36,504 nucleotides of DNA from Candidatus Versatilivorator vitaminiformans (GTDB taxonomy: Bacteria; Acidobacteriota; Terriglobia; Versatilivoradales; Versatilivoraceae), in assembly GCA_027493295.1 (NCBI GenBank), contig JAPVWS010000049.1, positions 1-36,504 on the forward strand, read 5' to 3'. The translations under genes were made by a program, and so were the position numbers. This document shows positions 28,053 to 36,504 of this stretch, in pieces (within the stretch, counting starts at the first letter, position 1; each line of letters begins with the position of its first letter). Below the pieces are notes generated by a model that was not told the origin of the DNA, searched no databases, and saw only the letters and a program-made list of their open reading frames with translations.

Positions 28053-28817
28053 ATGCCTGACCTTGGCCGCATTGCCATTGTGCTGGTGGAGACCAGTTCT
28101 CCGGGAAACCTGGGTTCGGTGGCCCGTGTCATGAAAAACATGGGGCTGGATCGACTCGTCCTGGTGGACTGCAAGGCCGATCTGAGCGAGGAAGCCCGGC
28201 AGCGGGCCCGAGGAGCCGACGACCTGCTGGAGACGGCCGTCCGGACCAATGAGCTGGGCTCGGCCTTGAAGCCCTTTCACCTCAGTGTGGCGACTGGCTC
28301 CCGGCCTGCGAGATGGTTCGATCGATCCCTGCATCCCCGGGAGATGGCAGCCGAGCTGCAGGCGCTGGCCCCCGGCCACGAGGTTGCCATCCTATTCGGG
28401 CCCGAACGCACCGGACTCACCAATGAACACCTGCAGTACTGCCACTGGCAGGTGAGGATTCCCACCGTTTCCGGATTCCCCTCTCTCAACCTGGCCCATG
28501 CGGTGGCCATCGTGGCCTACGAGCTTTCCCAGGGCCTTTCGGTGCCCCCGTCCAAAGGGGCTCGGGGTCTGGCGGAGCTGGGTCAAATGCAGGCCTTCTC
28601 TCAAGATCTGGAGGGATGCCTGAAGGAAATCCAGTTCCTGAAGAATCAGAACCCCCGGGAAATCATGATGACCTTGCGTCAATTGCTGGCTAGGGCTTCG
28701 CCCGACGATCGCGACATCCGTATTCTGCGGGGAATCCTGAGGCAGTGGAAGTGGTACGCGCGGAGCAGGAGGATCCAAGAAGGAAATCGAAGGGGCGCTG
28801 AGTACACTGGTTCATAA
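28053..28817 (+). CDS. SPOUT RNA methyltransferase, TrmJ/LasT (TrmH group 1) family
   Basis: PGNLGSVARVMKNMG, LFGPERTGLTNE, PSLNLAHAV, IRILRGI. Confidence 0.9.
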   Translation: MPDLGRIAIVLVETSSPGNLGSVARVMKNMGLDRLVLVDCKADLSEEARQRARGADDLLETAVRTNELGSALKPFHLSVATGSRPARWFDRSLHPREMAAELQALAPGHEVAILFGPERTGLTNEHLQYCHWQVRIPTVSGFPSLNLAHAVAIVAYELSQGLSVPPSKGARGLAELGQMQAFSQDLEGCLKEIQFLKNQNPREIMMTLRQLLARASPDDRDIRILRGILRQWKWYARSRRIQEGNRRGAEYTGS

Positions 28818-28914
28818 GTATTGCTACGTATTTTCGGCGGCCGTGTTGAGTGGGAGTGAGGCGATTGGGGCGTTGTTGGATGGGTATTGTTTTTTGGAAG
28901 GGTGCTTCCTATTC

Positions 28915-28998
28915 GCCGCATACGCGGCTAGGTTGGCGCAGAACCCAAACGACCCCGGGTTGCCACCCGGGGCTACCCTGGGCCGCAGCTACGCAGCT
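28915..28998. repeat. Cluster of short REP-like palindromes
   Basis: GCCGC-ATAC-GCGGC (28915-28928), CCCCGGGT-TGCC-ACCCGGGG (28953-28972), AGCT-ACGC-AGCT (28987-28998). Confidence 0.55.
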
Positions 28999-29424
28999 CT
29001 ATAAGGATGGCCCGCAGTAAGCGTTTGCTTGCCTACCCACTCCAACCGCAGCATTCGCAGCTCTCCCCAAACCCACAACGCTGCAGGGGGAAACGTGCTT
29101 TTCGATTTAGAATGTGCCCCGGGCAAGAGCCCGGGGGAGCCATCGGGAAAACGTCACATAGGGGAGTTGAGCCGCGAACGCGGCGGCAGCAAACGCCGGT
29201 GAACCAAACTCAAATGCAAGCCCGTTACTCATCTGTAAATGCGCTGCATGAGCCGACTTCCTTGACAGCCGCGAATGCGGCGACAGCACGTGGCCGTGGG
29301 CGTCAGCCTGTGGAAAACGACGGTTTTACTTTGCTCCGGGAACTGAATATACTCTGCTTCCGCCAGGGCCGTGTGAAGCCCGGCTGGCAGCCTGGAATGA
29401 CTGGAATTGACGCGGGGAGAGACG

Positions 29425-30597
29425 ATGAGACTAGCCAAACGGGTCGGGCGCCTTTCGCCCTCGCCGACCATGGCGGTGTCGGAAGAGGCCAACCGCCTGC
29501 GCTCCGAAGGTCGAAGCGTGGTGGACTTCAGCATCGGTGAGCCGGACTTCAACACGCCCGACAACATCAAGGGCGTAGGACACCGGGCCATCGACGACAA
29601 CTTCACCCGCTACACCTCGGCGCCGGGCATCAAGGACCTCAGGGAAGCCGTGGTGGAGAAATACCGCCGCCAGTATGGGGTCGACTACTCCGTCCCCGAG
29701 GTGGTGATCTCCTGCGGCGCCAAGCACACCTTATTCAACCTGGCCTTCGCCCTGTTCGAAGAAGGCGACGAGGTGCTGCTGCCCGTTCCCTACTGGGTGA
29801 CTTTTCCCGAGCAGTTCAAGATGGTTGGAGCCGTACCGGTGGAGGTCATGACCCGGGAAGAGGATGATTTTGTCCTCAAGGCATCGGCCCTGGAAGCCAA
29901 GGTGACCTCGCGCACCCGAGCCATGGTGGTCAACACGCCCAACAATCCTACCGGAGCCGTCATTCCGGCCGATGAGATGGACCGGATCGTGGACCTGGCC
30001 CTGGACCGGGATCTGATGATCATCTTCGACGAATGCTATGAATTTTTCGTCTTCGACGGGAACCGGCACACCTCGCTGGCTCAATACGCCGACCGCGCCA
30101 AGCATGTTTCCTTGCTGGTCAACACCGCTTCCAAGACTTACGCGATGACCGGATGGCGCATCGGCTACCTGGTGGCTCCCCGGGAAGTCGCCAGAAGCGT
30201 CAGCAACGTCCAGAGCCACAGCGCCAATCCGGCCTCGGTTTCCCAGAAAGCAGCCCTGGAGTCCATCCTCGGCAACCAGGACTCGGTGTCACAGATGATT
30301 GCGGAGTACGAGCGCAGGCGGCGCTACGTGGTGGGGCGGCTCAACGGGATGCCCGGCCTGAGTTGCGCCAACCCCGGGGGTGCCTTCTATGCCTTCCCCA
30401 ACATTTCCAGCTATTTCGGGAGCGAGGTGCGGGACTCGGTGGAATTTTCCACCTGGCTGCTGCGTCAATCCGGGGTAGCCGTGGTTCCGGGCTCAGCTTT
30501 CGGCATGGAAGGTCACGTGCGCATCTCCTTTGCAACCAGCATGGAGAACCTGGTGACCGGGATGGACCGGATGGAGCGGGCTCTGGACAGGATGTAA
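29425..30597 (+). CDS. PLP-dependent aminotransferase class I (aspartate aminotransferase-like)
   Basis: IGEPDF, NTPNNPTG, DECYE, SKTYAMTGWRIGY, GAFYAFP, VVPGSAFG. Confidence 0.93.
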   Translation: MRLAKRVGRLSPSPTMAVSEEANRLRSEGRSVVDFSIGEPDFNTPDNIKGVGHRAIDDNFTRYTSAPGIKDLREAVVEKYRRQYGVDYSVPEVVISCGAKHTLFNLAFALFEEGDEVLLPVPYWVTFPEQFKMVGAVPVEVMTREEDDFVLKASALEAKVTSRTRAMVVNTPNNPTGAVIPADEMDRIVDLALDRDLMIIFDECYEFFVFDGNRHTSLAQYADRAKHVSLLVNTASKTYAMTGWRIGYLVAPREVARSVSNVQSHSANPASVSQKAALESILGNQDSVSQMIAEYERRRRYVVGRLNGMPGLSCANPGGAFYAFPNISSYFGSEVRDSVEFSTWLLRQSGVAVVPGSAFGMEGHVRISFATSMENLVTGMDRMERALDRM

Positions 30598-30599
30598 AC

Positions 30600-32450
30600 C
30601 TACCGGGCGCGCTGCCTGCCGGCGGCGATCAGCCACACGACGGCTCCCGCAATCAACAGGACGATGAACGTTCCCGGATTTATCCAGCCTTGCCGGGAAT
30701 GCCACACGATCGCATAACCCAAAGCGCCCGCCAACAGGGCATAGGTGGTGAAGGGAAGCAGGGTCAGGCGAATGATGGCGCCTTCCTTGCCGACCAGCCC
30801 CGCCACTGCCGAAGCCGCCACCACGTTGTGAACGCAGATCATGTTTCCGGCGGCTCCGCCCACCGCTTGCAGGGCCACCATCCAGACCGGATCCGCCCCG
30901 ATTCGCTGCCCGACACCAAACTGGAACAGGGAGAACATCATGTTGCTGACGGTGTTGCTGCCGGCGACGAACGCCCCCAGGCCTCCGATGAAGGGGGCGA
31001 AAATTGGCCAGGCGGTCTGGGCCAGGGCGGCCACGCCGGCGGCCAGCACGATCGGCATCTTGTCGTAGCCCGCCGCTCCTCCGTCCGAGTTGATGAATAC
31101 CTGCACCATGGGGACGGTGAAGATGAGGGCAACCGAGGCAGCCGCCGTGGTCCCGGCCGATTGAAAACACACCGCCCGGAATCGGGATAAACTCAACCGG
31201 TGGGCCCAGCAGGTCAAGACTGAAACCAGCAGGAATATGGTTCCGGGCAGATAGAGGGGCTGCACGCGGGCCGAGATCCCGGTGTCCAGGATGTGCGGGA
31301 AGGAAATGGTCCAGGCCCGAATCCATTCCTGAAAAGGAAGAAATCCCAGCCGGGTGAGTACCAGCAGCAGGCCTACCAGGAGATAGGGTGTCCAGGCTCT
31401 CAACAGTCCCATTGGGCGAGCTGGAGGCTCCTCTTTCAGACCAACCGATCCGGTCCAGTGGCCAGGCCAGTGTTCCGGAGCATCGAAATCCCATCGATCC
31501 TCGGACCGCGGCATGAAAATGCCTCTCTTGGCGGCAAAGATCACCAGAGCCAGTCCGATGAGCCCCCCGAACAGCGATGGGAACTCGGGACCCAGAAACC
31601 TGGCCACCAGCAGATAGGGCAGGGTCATGGCAAAGGCCGCCATCAGGGCAAAGGGCCATACCCGCAATCCCTCCGCCCAGGATCCGTTCTTGCCGAAGAA
31701 GCGGGTCATCAGCGCCACCACGAACAGCGGAACCAGGGTCCCGGCAGCGGTGTGCAGCAGCGCCACCCGGAATCCGATTTCGGAGAGGAATCCGTTCCAA
31801 TCGGCGAATCCGGCCTGCAGGGCAAAGGCCTGGATGGAGGCATCGGCGGCGAGCCCGCTGTTGACCCCGATCAGGATGGGTGTCCCCACGGCTCCGAAGG
31901 ACACCGGTGTGCTCTGAATGATCATTCCGGCCATGACCGCACCCATGGCCGGGAAACCCAGCCCCACCAGCAGAGGGACGGCGATGGCCGCCGGTGTCCC
32001 GAAGCCGGCCGCCCCTTCGATGAAGGTGCCGAACAACCAGGCGATGATCACCACCTGAATCCTCCGATCGGGAGTCACATGGGTGAACCCGCTTCGGATG
32101 GCCTGAATGGCGCCGCTTTGCCGCAGAGTGTTGAGCAGCAGGATGGCTCCAAAGATGATGTAGAGCAGGGTGGCGGCAACCACCAGGCCATTGATGGAGG
32201 CCGCGGCCACCTGTCGTGTCGGTACTTGCCACACCAACAGGCCGAGCGCGGCGGTTACCAGGTAGGCGATCGGCATGGCCCGCCTGGCGGGCCAACGCAG
32301 CAGCACCAGCAGCAGGGCTACCGCGACGATGGGGAGAGTGGCCAGCAGAGAGAGCGTGAAGGGTTGCAAGGAAGCACCTGCGCAATCAGTTGGTTTTCTT
32401 GGGCCTTGGGTCGTTACGGTCCCACCATTTATGCCGGCGCCATGCTGCAA
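30600..32450 (-). CDS. L-lactate permease (LctP family)
   Basis: FIEGAAGFGTPAAI, PVSFGAVGTP, FVAGSNTVSNMMF, GGAAGNMICVHNVVAA; true start may be TTG at 32369. Confidence 0.92.
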   Translation of the reverse strand: MQHGAGINGGTVTTQGPRKPTDCAGASLQPFTLSLLATLPIVAVALLLVLLRWPARRAMPIAYLVTAALGLLVWQVPTRQVAAASINGLVVAATLLYIIFGAILLLNTLRQSGAIQAIRSGFTHVTPDRRIQVVIIAWLFGTFIEGAAGFGTPAAIAVPLLVGLGFPAMGAVMAGMIIQSTPVSFGAVGTPILIGVNSGLAADASIQAFALQAGFADWNGFLSEIGFRVALLHTAAGTLVPLFVVALMTRFFGKNGSWAEGLRVWPFALMAAFAMTLPYLLVARFLGPEFPSLFGGLIGLALVIFAAKRGIFMPRSEDRWDFDAPEHWPGHWTGSVGLKEEPPARPMGLLRAWTPYLLVGLLLVLTRLGFLPFQEWIRAWTISFPHILDTGISARVQPLYLPGTIFLLVSVLTCWAHRLSLSRFRAVCFQSAGTTAAASVALIFTVPMVQVFINSDGGAAGYDKMPIVLAAGVAALAQTAWPIFAPFIGGLGAFVAGSNTVSNMMFSLFQFGVGQRIGADPVWMVALQAVGGAAGNMICVHNVVAASAVAGLVGKEGAIIRLTLLPFTTYALLAGALGYAIVWHSRQGWINPGTFIVLLIAGAVVWLIAAGRQRAR

Positions 32451-32724
32451 TGAATTCCATAATTATGTGAAGTATGAACTCGTAGCAATTGACAACGATG
32501 TACACCACCGCTTTCAGAATGGGACTCCAGAATTCCATGCGATTCTCCCATCGCAATCTTGCCGCGGACACACCCGGACACCGCCGAGTTTTTTGAAGGC
32601 AGGCGATGGCTTGGTGTAACATGGGCAGCATCCATGGGCCGGAACCGGGGCTGCCCCTTGCAGGCAATCGAGGACCCCCGAAGCAGTTTCCGGACCCAAT
32701 CCATATCCAAGCGAGGACGCGTCA

Positions 32725-33726
32725 ATGGCGAAAGTTTATCACGATGAAGATGCAGATCTGGCTCACCTGAAGGAAAAGAAAATTGCCATTATCGGCTACG
32801 GCAGTCAGGGACATGCCCATGCCTTGAATCTCAGAGACAGCGGACTGGAGGTGGTGGTCGGACTCTATGAGGGGAGCCGCTCCTGGGCCAAGGCCGAGGG
32901 CGAAGGGCTCCAGGTGGCCACGGTGGATGAGGCTTCGGCCCAATCCCAGGTGATCATGATCCTGGTTCCCGATCAGACGCAACGGGCGGTGTTCGAAGCC
33001 TCCATCAAGCCGCATATGTCGGCAGGAAAGACCCTGATGTTCAGCCACGGATTCAACATTCATTTCAGTCAGGTCGTGCCGCCGCCGGAGGTGGATGTCT
33101 CCATGATCGCTCCCAAGGGCCCCGGACACATGGTCCGCCAGGTCTACCAGGGGGGAGCAGGCGTTCCCGCTCTGGTTGCCATCGAGCAGGATGCTTCCGG
33201 CCATGCCCTCGACGTGGCGCTCGCCTACGCCAAGGGAATCGGCGCCGCTCGGGCAGGGGTGATTGAGACCACCTTCAAGGAGGAGACCGAGACCGACCTT
33301 TTCGGTGAGCAAGCCGTACTCTGCGGCGGGACTTCCGCCCTGGTCAAGGCCGGCTTCGAGACGCTCATCAAAGCCGGATACCAACCGGAAGTAGCTTATT
33401 TTGAATGTCTTCACGAGATGAAGTTAATCGTGGACCTCATGTATCAAGGCGGCTTGTCCTACATGCGCTATTCCATCAGCGACACGGCCGAGTACGGTGA
33501 CTACACCCGGGGGCCTCAGATCGTCAACCAGGCCGTGCGGGATGCCATGGACGACATCCTGGAAAATGTCTGCAACGGCAATTTCGCTCGGGAATTCATC
33601 CTCGAGAACCAGTCCGGGCGGGCTTCCATGAACGCCAATCGGCGCCGGGAGGCCGAACACCCCATCGAGCAGGTGGGCAAGGGACTGAGGGACATGATGA
33701 GCTGGATGAACAAGACGGAAAGCTAG
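32725..33726 (+). CDS. ilvC: Ketol-acid reductoisomerase (short class I)
   Basis: [45 protein letters not shown]. Confidence 0.98.
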   Translation: MAKVYHDEDADLAHLKEKKIAIIGYGSQGHAHALNLRDSGLEVVVGLYEGSRSWAKAEGEGLQVATVDEASAQSQVIMILVPDQTQRAVFEASIKPHMSAGKTLMFSHGFNIHFSQVVPPPEVDVSMIAPKGPGHMVRQVYQGGAGVPALVAIEQDASGHALDVALAYAKGIGAARAGVIETTFKEETETDLFGEQAVLCGGTSALVKAGFETLIKAGYQPEVAYFECLHEMKLIVDLMYQGGLSYMRYSISDTAEYGDYTRGPQIVNQAVRDAMDDILENVCNGNFAREFILENQSGRASMNANRRREAEHPIEQVGKGLRDMMSWMNKTES

Positions 33727-33769
33727 TCAGTGGCCCGCCAAAGGGCTCCAACCGCACCGGTGACCATCC

Positions 33770-35011
33770 ATGGTTCAGTTCCAGGAAGAAATTGAGATCG
33801 AAGGCCACCTGATCGATTCGGGAATACTCAAGTACGCCTTCGACAAGATCGTCGAAATGGAGGGCCAGTTCGAAGTCCTGCGCTTCGAGATCGGAAGGAA
33901 CAACCAGGAAACCTCCCGGGCCTGGCTCATGGTGAAGGCCCGGAGCCAACAGCAGTTGCAGGACATCCTGGCTGCCCTGGAGGATTTCGGGGCCATCATC
34001 GATCGGGAGGATTGCCGTCTGGTCCCGGCTGAACAGGACGGCATCCTGCCCCGCGAGTTCTATTCCACCACCAACTTCGACACCTTCATCAAGGTCCGGG
34101 GGGAATGGCAGCCGGTCGTCAACCAGAAGATGGATGCCGTCATCGTCTGGACGGGTGAACAGGCCATCACCAAGAAGATCAGCGGGGTGAAGGCGGGAGA
34201 CCGGATTGTCGTCGGACGCCAGGGGATTCGAGTCAAGCCACAGGAACGGAGCCGCGAGTACTCGGTGTTCGACTTCATGTCGAACGACGCCAGCGCCGAA
34301 ATTAACAAGGGAATACTGATTTCCCAGATTGCCAGGGAGATCGACGCGGCCAAGAGGGCGGGAGACCGGATCGCTATTGTCCCGGGCCCGGCGGTGATCC
34401 ATTCAGGGGCGGACGGCTACCTGACGGAGGTGATCCGGATGGGCTACGTGGACGTGGTGCTCACCGGCAACGCCTTCGCCGCTCACGATATCGAAAAGGC
34501 CTTTCTGAACACCTCGCTCGGAATTCACCAGGAGAGCGGCAAGGCCGTGGACGGAGGACATCGCAACCACATTTGGGCCATCAACGAGATCAATCGGGCA
34601 GGAGGCATTGAGAGCGCGGTCGAGAAGGGAGTGCTGACCGCGGGCTTGATGTACGAGTGCGTCAAGCGGGGCATTCGTACGGTCCTGGCGGGGTCCATTC
34701 GGGACGACGGTCCCCTGGTGGACGTGGTAACCGACTGCGTGGAGGCGCAGCGGGAGTACATCGATGCCCTGGATGGGGTGGCGGTGGTGTTGATGCTGGC
34801 CTCGACGCTGCACAGCATCGCCGTGGGCAATGTTCTGAAGAGCAGCGTCAAGACCGTGTGCGTTGACATCAATGAAGCCACTCCCCTAAAACTGGGCAAT
34901 CGGGGAAGCAAGCAGGCCATCGGAATTGTGACCGATGTTTCCTTTTTCTTGAATGTTCTGGCTGCTGAGCTCAAACTATGTGGTAACGGGTCTAGTCAGG
35001 TCAAGACCTGA
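33770..35011 (+). CDS. TIGR00300 / LOR-SDH-like protein, candidate ornithine cyclodeaminase of the AgrE/ArgZ C-terminal type
   Basis: [66 protein letters not shown]. Confidence 0.82.
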   Translation: MVQFQEEIEIEGHLIDSGILKYAFDKIVEMEGQFEVLRFEIGRNNQETSRAWLMVKARSQQQLQDILAALEDFGAIIDREDCRLVPAEQDGILPREFYSTTNFDTFIKVRGEWQPVVNQKMDAVIVWTGEQAITKKISGVKAGDRIVVGRQGIRVKPQERSREYSVFDFMSNDASAEINKGILISQIAREIDAAKRAGDRIAIVPGPAVIHSGADGYLTEVIRMGYVDVVLTGNAFAAHDIEKAFLNTSLGIHQESGKAVDGGHRNHIWAINEINRAGGIESAVEKGVLTAGLMYECVKRGIRTVLAGSIRDDGPLVDVVTDCVEAQREYIDALDGVAVVLMLASTLHSIAVGNVLKSSVKTVCVDINEATPLKLGNRGSKQAIGIVTDVSFFLNVLAAELKLCGNGSSQVKT

Positions 35012-35073
35012 ACCCTTTGAGCGGAGCTCGCGCCTTGCGGCTTCGGCAGGTGAGCAGGACCGGGGGGAAACCG

Positions 35074-36504
35074 ATGGAAGACACCATTCATATCTTCGAC
35101 ACGACCTTGAGGGACGGGGAGCAGTCTCCCGGTTGCAGCATGAACCTGGAGGAGAAGCTGAAGCTGGCTCACCAGTTGGAAGCCCTCCGGGTGGATGTTA
35201 TGGAAGCCGGGTTTCCCATCGCCTCCGACGGCGATTTCGAGTCGGTGCGCCAGGTCGCCAGGGAAATCCGATCGGTGACGGTGGCAGGACTGGCCCGGGC
35301 CATGGAAAAGGACATCCGCCGCTGCTGGGAGGCCCTGGACATCGCCGCCAAGCCGCGAATCCACACCTTCATCGCCACCTCGGACATCCATCTGAAGTTC
35401 AAGCTCAAACGTTCCCGGGATCAAGTCCTGGAGGACACGGTCAATGCGGTCCGGTTGGCCCGTTCCCTTTGTGACGAGGTGGAGTTCTCCGCCGAGGACG
35501 CAGGGCGCAGCGACCTGGACTATCTCTGCCAGGTCGTGGAGGCGGCAATCTCGGAAGGCGCGACCATCATCAACATCCCCGATACGGTGGGATATTGCGT
35601 GCCGGAGGAGTTCGGACGGATCTTCAGTGTCCTGCGCGCAAAGGTGCCCAATATCGACCGGGCGGGCTTGAGTTGCCATTGCCACAACGACCTGGGGTTG
35701 GCGGTGGCCAACTCGCTGGCCGCCATTCGGGCCGGAGCCCGGCAGGTGGAGTGCACCATCAACGGGATCGGCGAAAGGGCCGGCAACGCCTCCCTGGAAG
35801 AGATCGTGATGGCGCTGCGGGTACGGCGCGAGTACCTGGGTTTCAGCACCGGAATTCAGGCGGAGCAGATTTACAAGACCAGCCACCTGCTTTCCAATCT
35901 GACGGGAATGATGGTCCAGGCCAACAAGGCGGTAGTGGGCAAGAACGCCTTTGCCCACGAAGCCGGAATCCATCAGGATGGAGTGCTCAAGCAGGCCTTG
36001 ACCTACGAGATCATGACACCGCAGTCGGTGGGGGTTCCCACCAGCAACCTGGTGCTGGGCAAGCATTCGGGGCGCCATGCGCTTTCCAAGCGCTACATGG
36101 ACCTGGGCTACACCCTGGACAAGAAGGAACTGGACCGATCCTACATGCTCTTCACCAAGCTGGCGGACAAGAAGAAAAACATCTATGACGAGGATTTGCT
36201 GGCCATCATTCACGACGGCATCCGAATGATTCCCGAGCGCTACCACCTGAAGTACGTCCATGCCACGGGCGGCAATCAGGTGCTGGCTTCGGCAACGGTG
36301 AGGCTGAGCAAGGACAACGAGTTCTGCGTGGACACCGCCCTGGGCTGCGGTCCCATCGAGGCTACCTACAGGGCCATCGATCAGATCACCGGAGTGCCCG
36401 GAAGGCTGTTGGACTATTCCGTGCGTTCGGTCAGCAGCGGCAAGGACGCCGTGGGCGAAGTCTTCGTTCACGTGCATTTCGAAGGCAATCACTTCACCGG
36501 CAAG
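35074..36504 (+). CDS. leuA: 2-isopropylmalate synthase (3' end beyond the window)
   Basis: Absent from the ORF track because it has no stop; reads [20 protein letters not shown]...EAGFP...IPDTVG...CHCHNDLG...NGIGERAGN...[10 protein letters not shown]...LGKHSGRH. Confidence 0.96.
   Translation, partial: MEDTIHIFDTTLRDGEQSPGCSMNLEEKLKLAHQLEALRVDVMEAGFPIASDGDFESVRQVAREIRSVTVAGLARAMEKDIRRCWEALDIAAKPRIHTFIATSDIHLKFKLKRSRDQVLEDTVNAVRLARSLCDEVEFSAEDAGRSDLDYLCQVVEAAISEGATIINIPDTVGYCVPEEFGRIFSVLRAKVPNIDRAGLSCHCHNDLGLAVANSLAAIRAGARQVECTINGIGERAGNASLEEIVMALRVRREYLGFSTGIQAEQIYKTSHLLSNLTGMMVQANKAVVGKNAFAHEAGIHQDGVLKQALTYEIMTPQSVGVPTSNLVLGKHSGRHALSKRYMDLGYTLDKKELDRSYMLFTKLADKKKNIYDEDLLAIIHDGIRMIPERYHLKYVHATGGNQVLASATVRLSKDNEFCVDTALGCGPIEATYRAIDQITGVPGRLLDYSVRSVSSGKDAVGEVFVHVHFEGNHFTGK

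Noticed and set aside
30493-32385. 630-aa minus-strand ORF
   Set aside because: Alternative frame of the lactate permease; Arg/Gly/Pro-rich with no motifs
34996-36492. 498-aa minus-strand ORF
   Set aside because: Antisense shadow of leuA, which is read on the + strand from 35074

Overview
GC-rich bacterial window in two parts. The gene set and repeat types suggest Acidobacteriota, but this is inference only. Left part (1 to ~15.4 kb) is accessory DNA. It holds the right end of an integrative island carrying a FitA/VapC toxin-antitoxin pair, a res-then-mod type III-like restriction-modification system, a small membrane protein and a P4-like tyrosine integrase, ending at a tRNA-Ser-3'-like att core (~9142-9153). 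A decayed zone follows, with an IS481-like relic, two different ~250-bp MITE-like elements flanking a lipoprotein D-aminoacylase, a second FitA paralogue whose toxin is cut off after 5 codons, a ZIP transporter, a Cys-rich unknown protein, a methyltransferase and a Phd antitoxin with a pseudogenised RelE toxin. Right part (~15.5-36.5 kb) is core-like: M24 peptidase, acs, tpx, gltX, nucleoside permease, a four-gene MacAB-like ABC exporter, TrmJ-like methyltransferase, aspartate aminotransferase, lactate permease, ilvC, a TIGR00300-like gene and leuA (runs off the end), with REP/REPIN-type and 10-bp phased intergenic repeats. No intact tRNA, rRNA or CRISPR array was seen. All calls come from manual motif reading; no searches were run.
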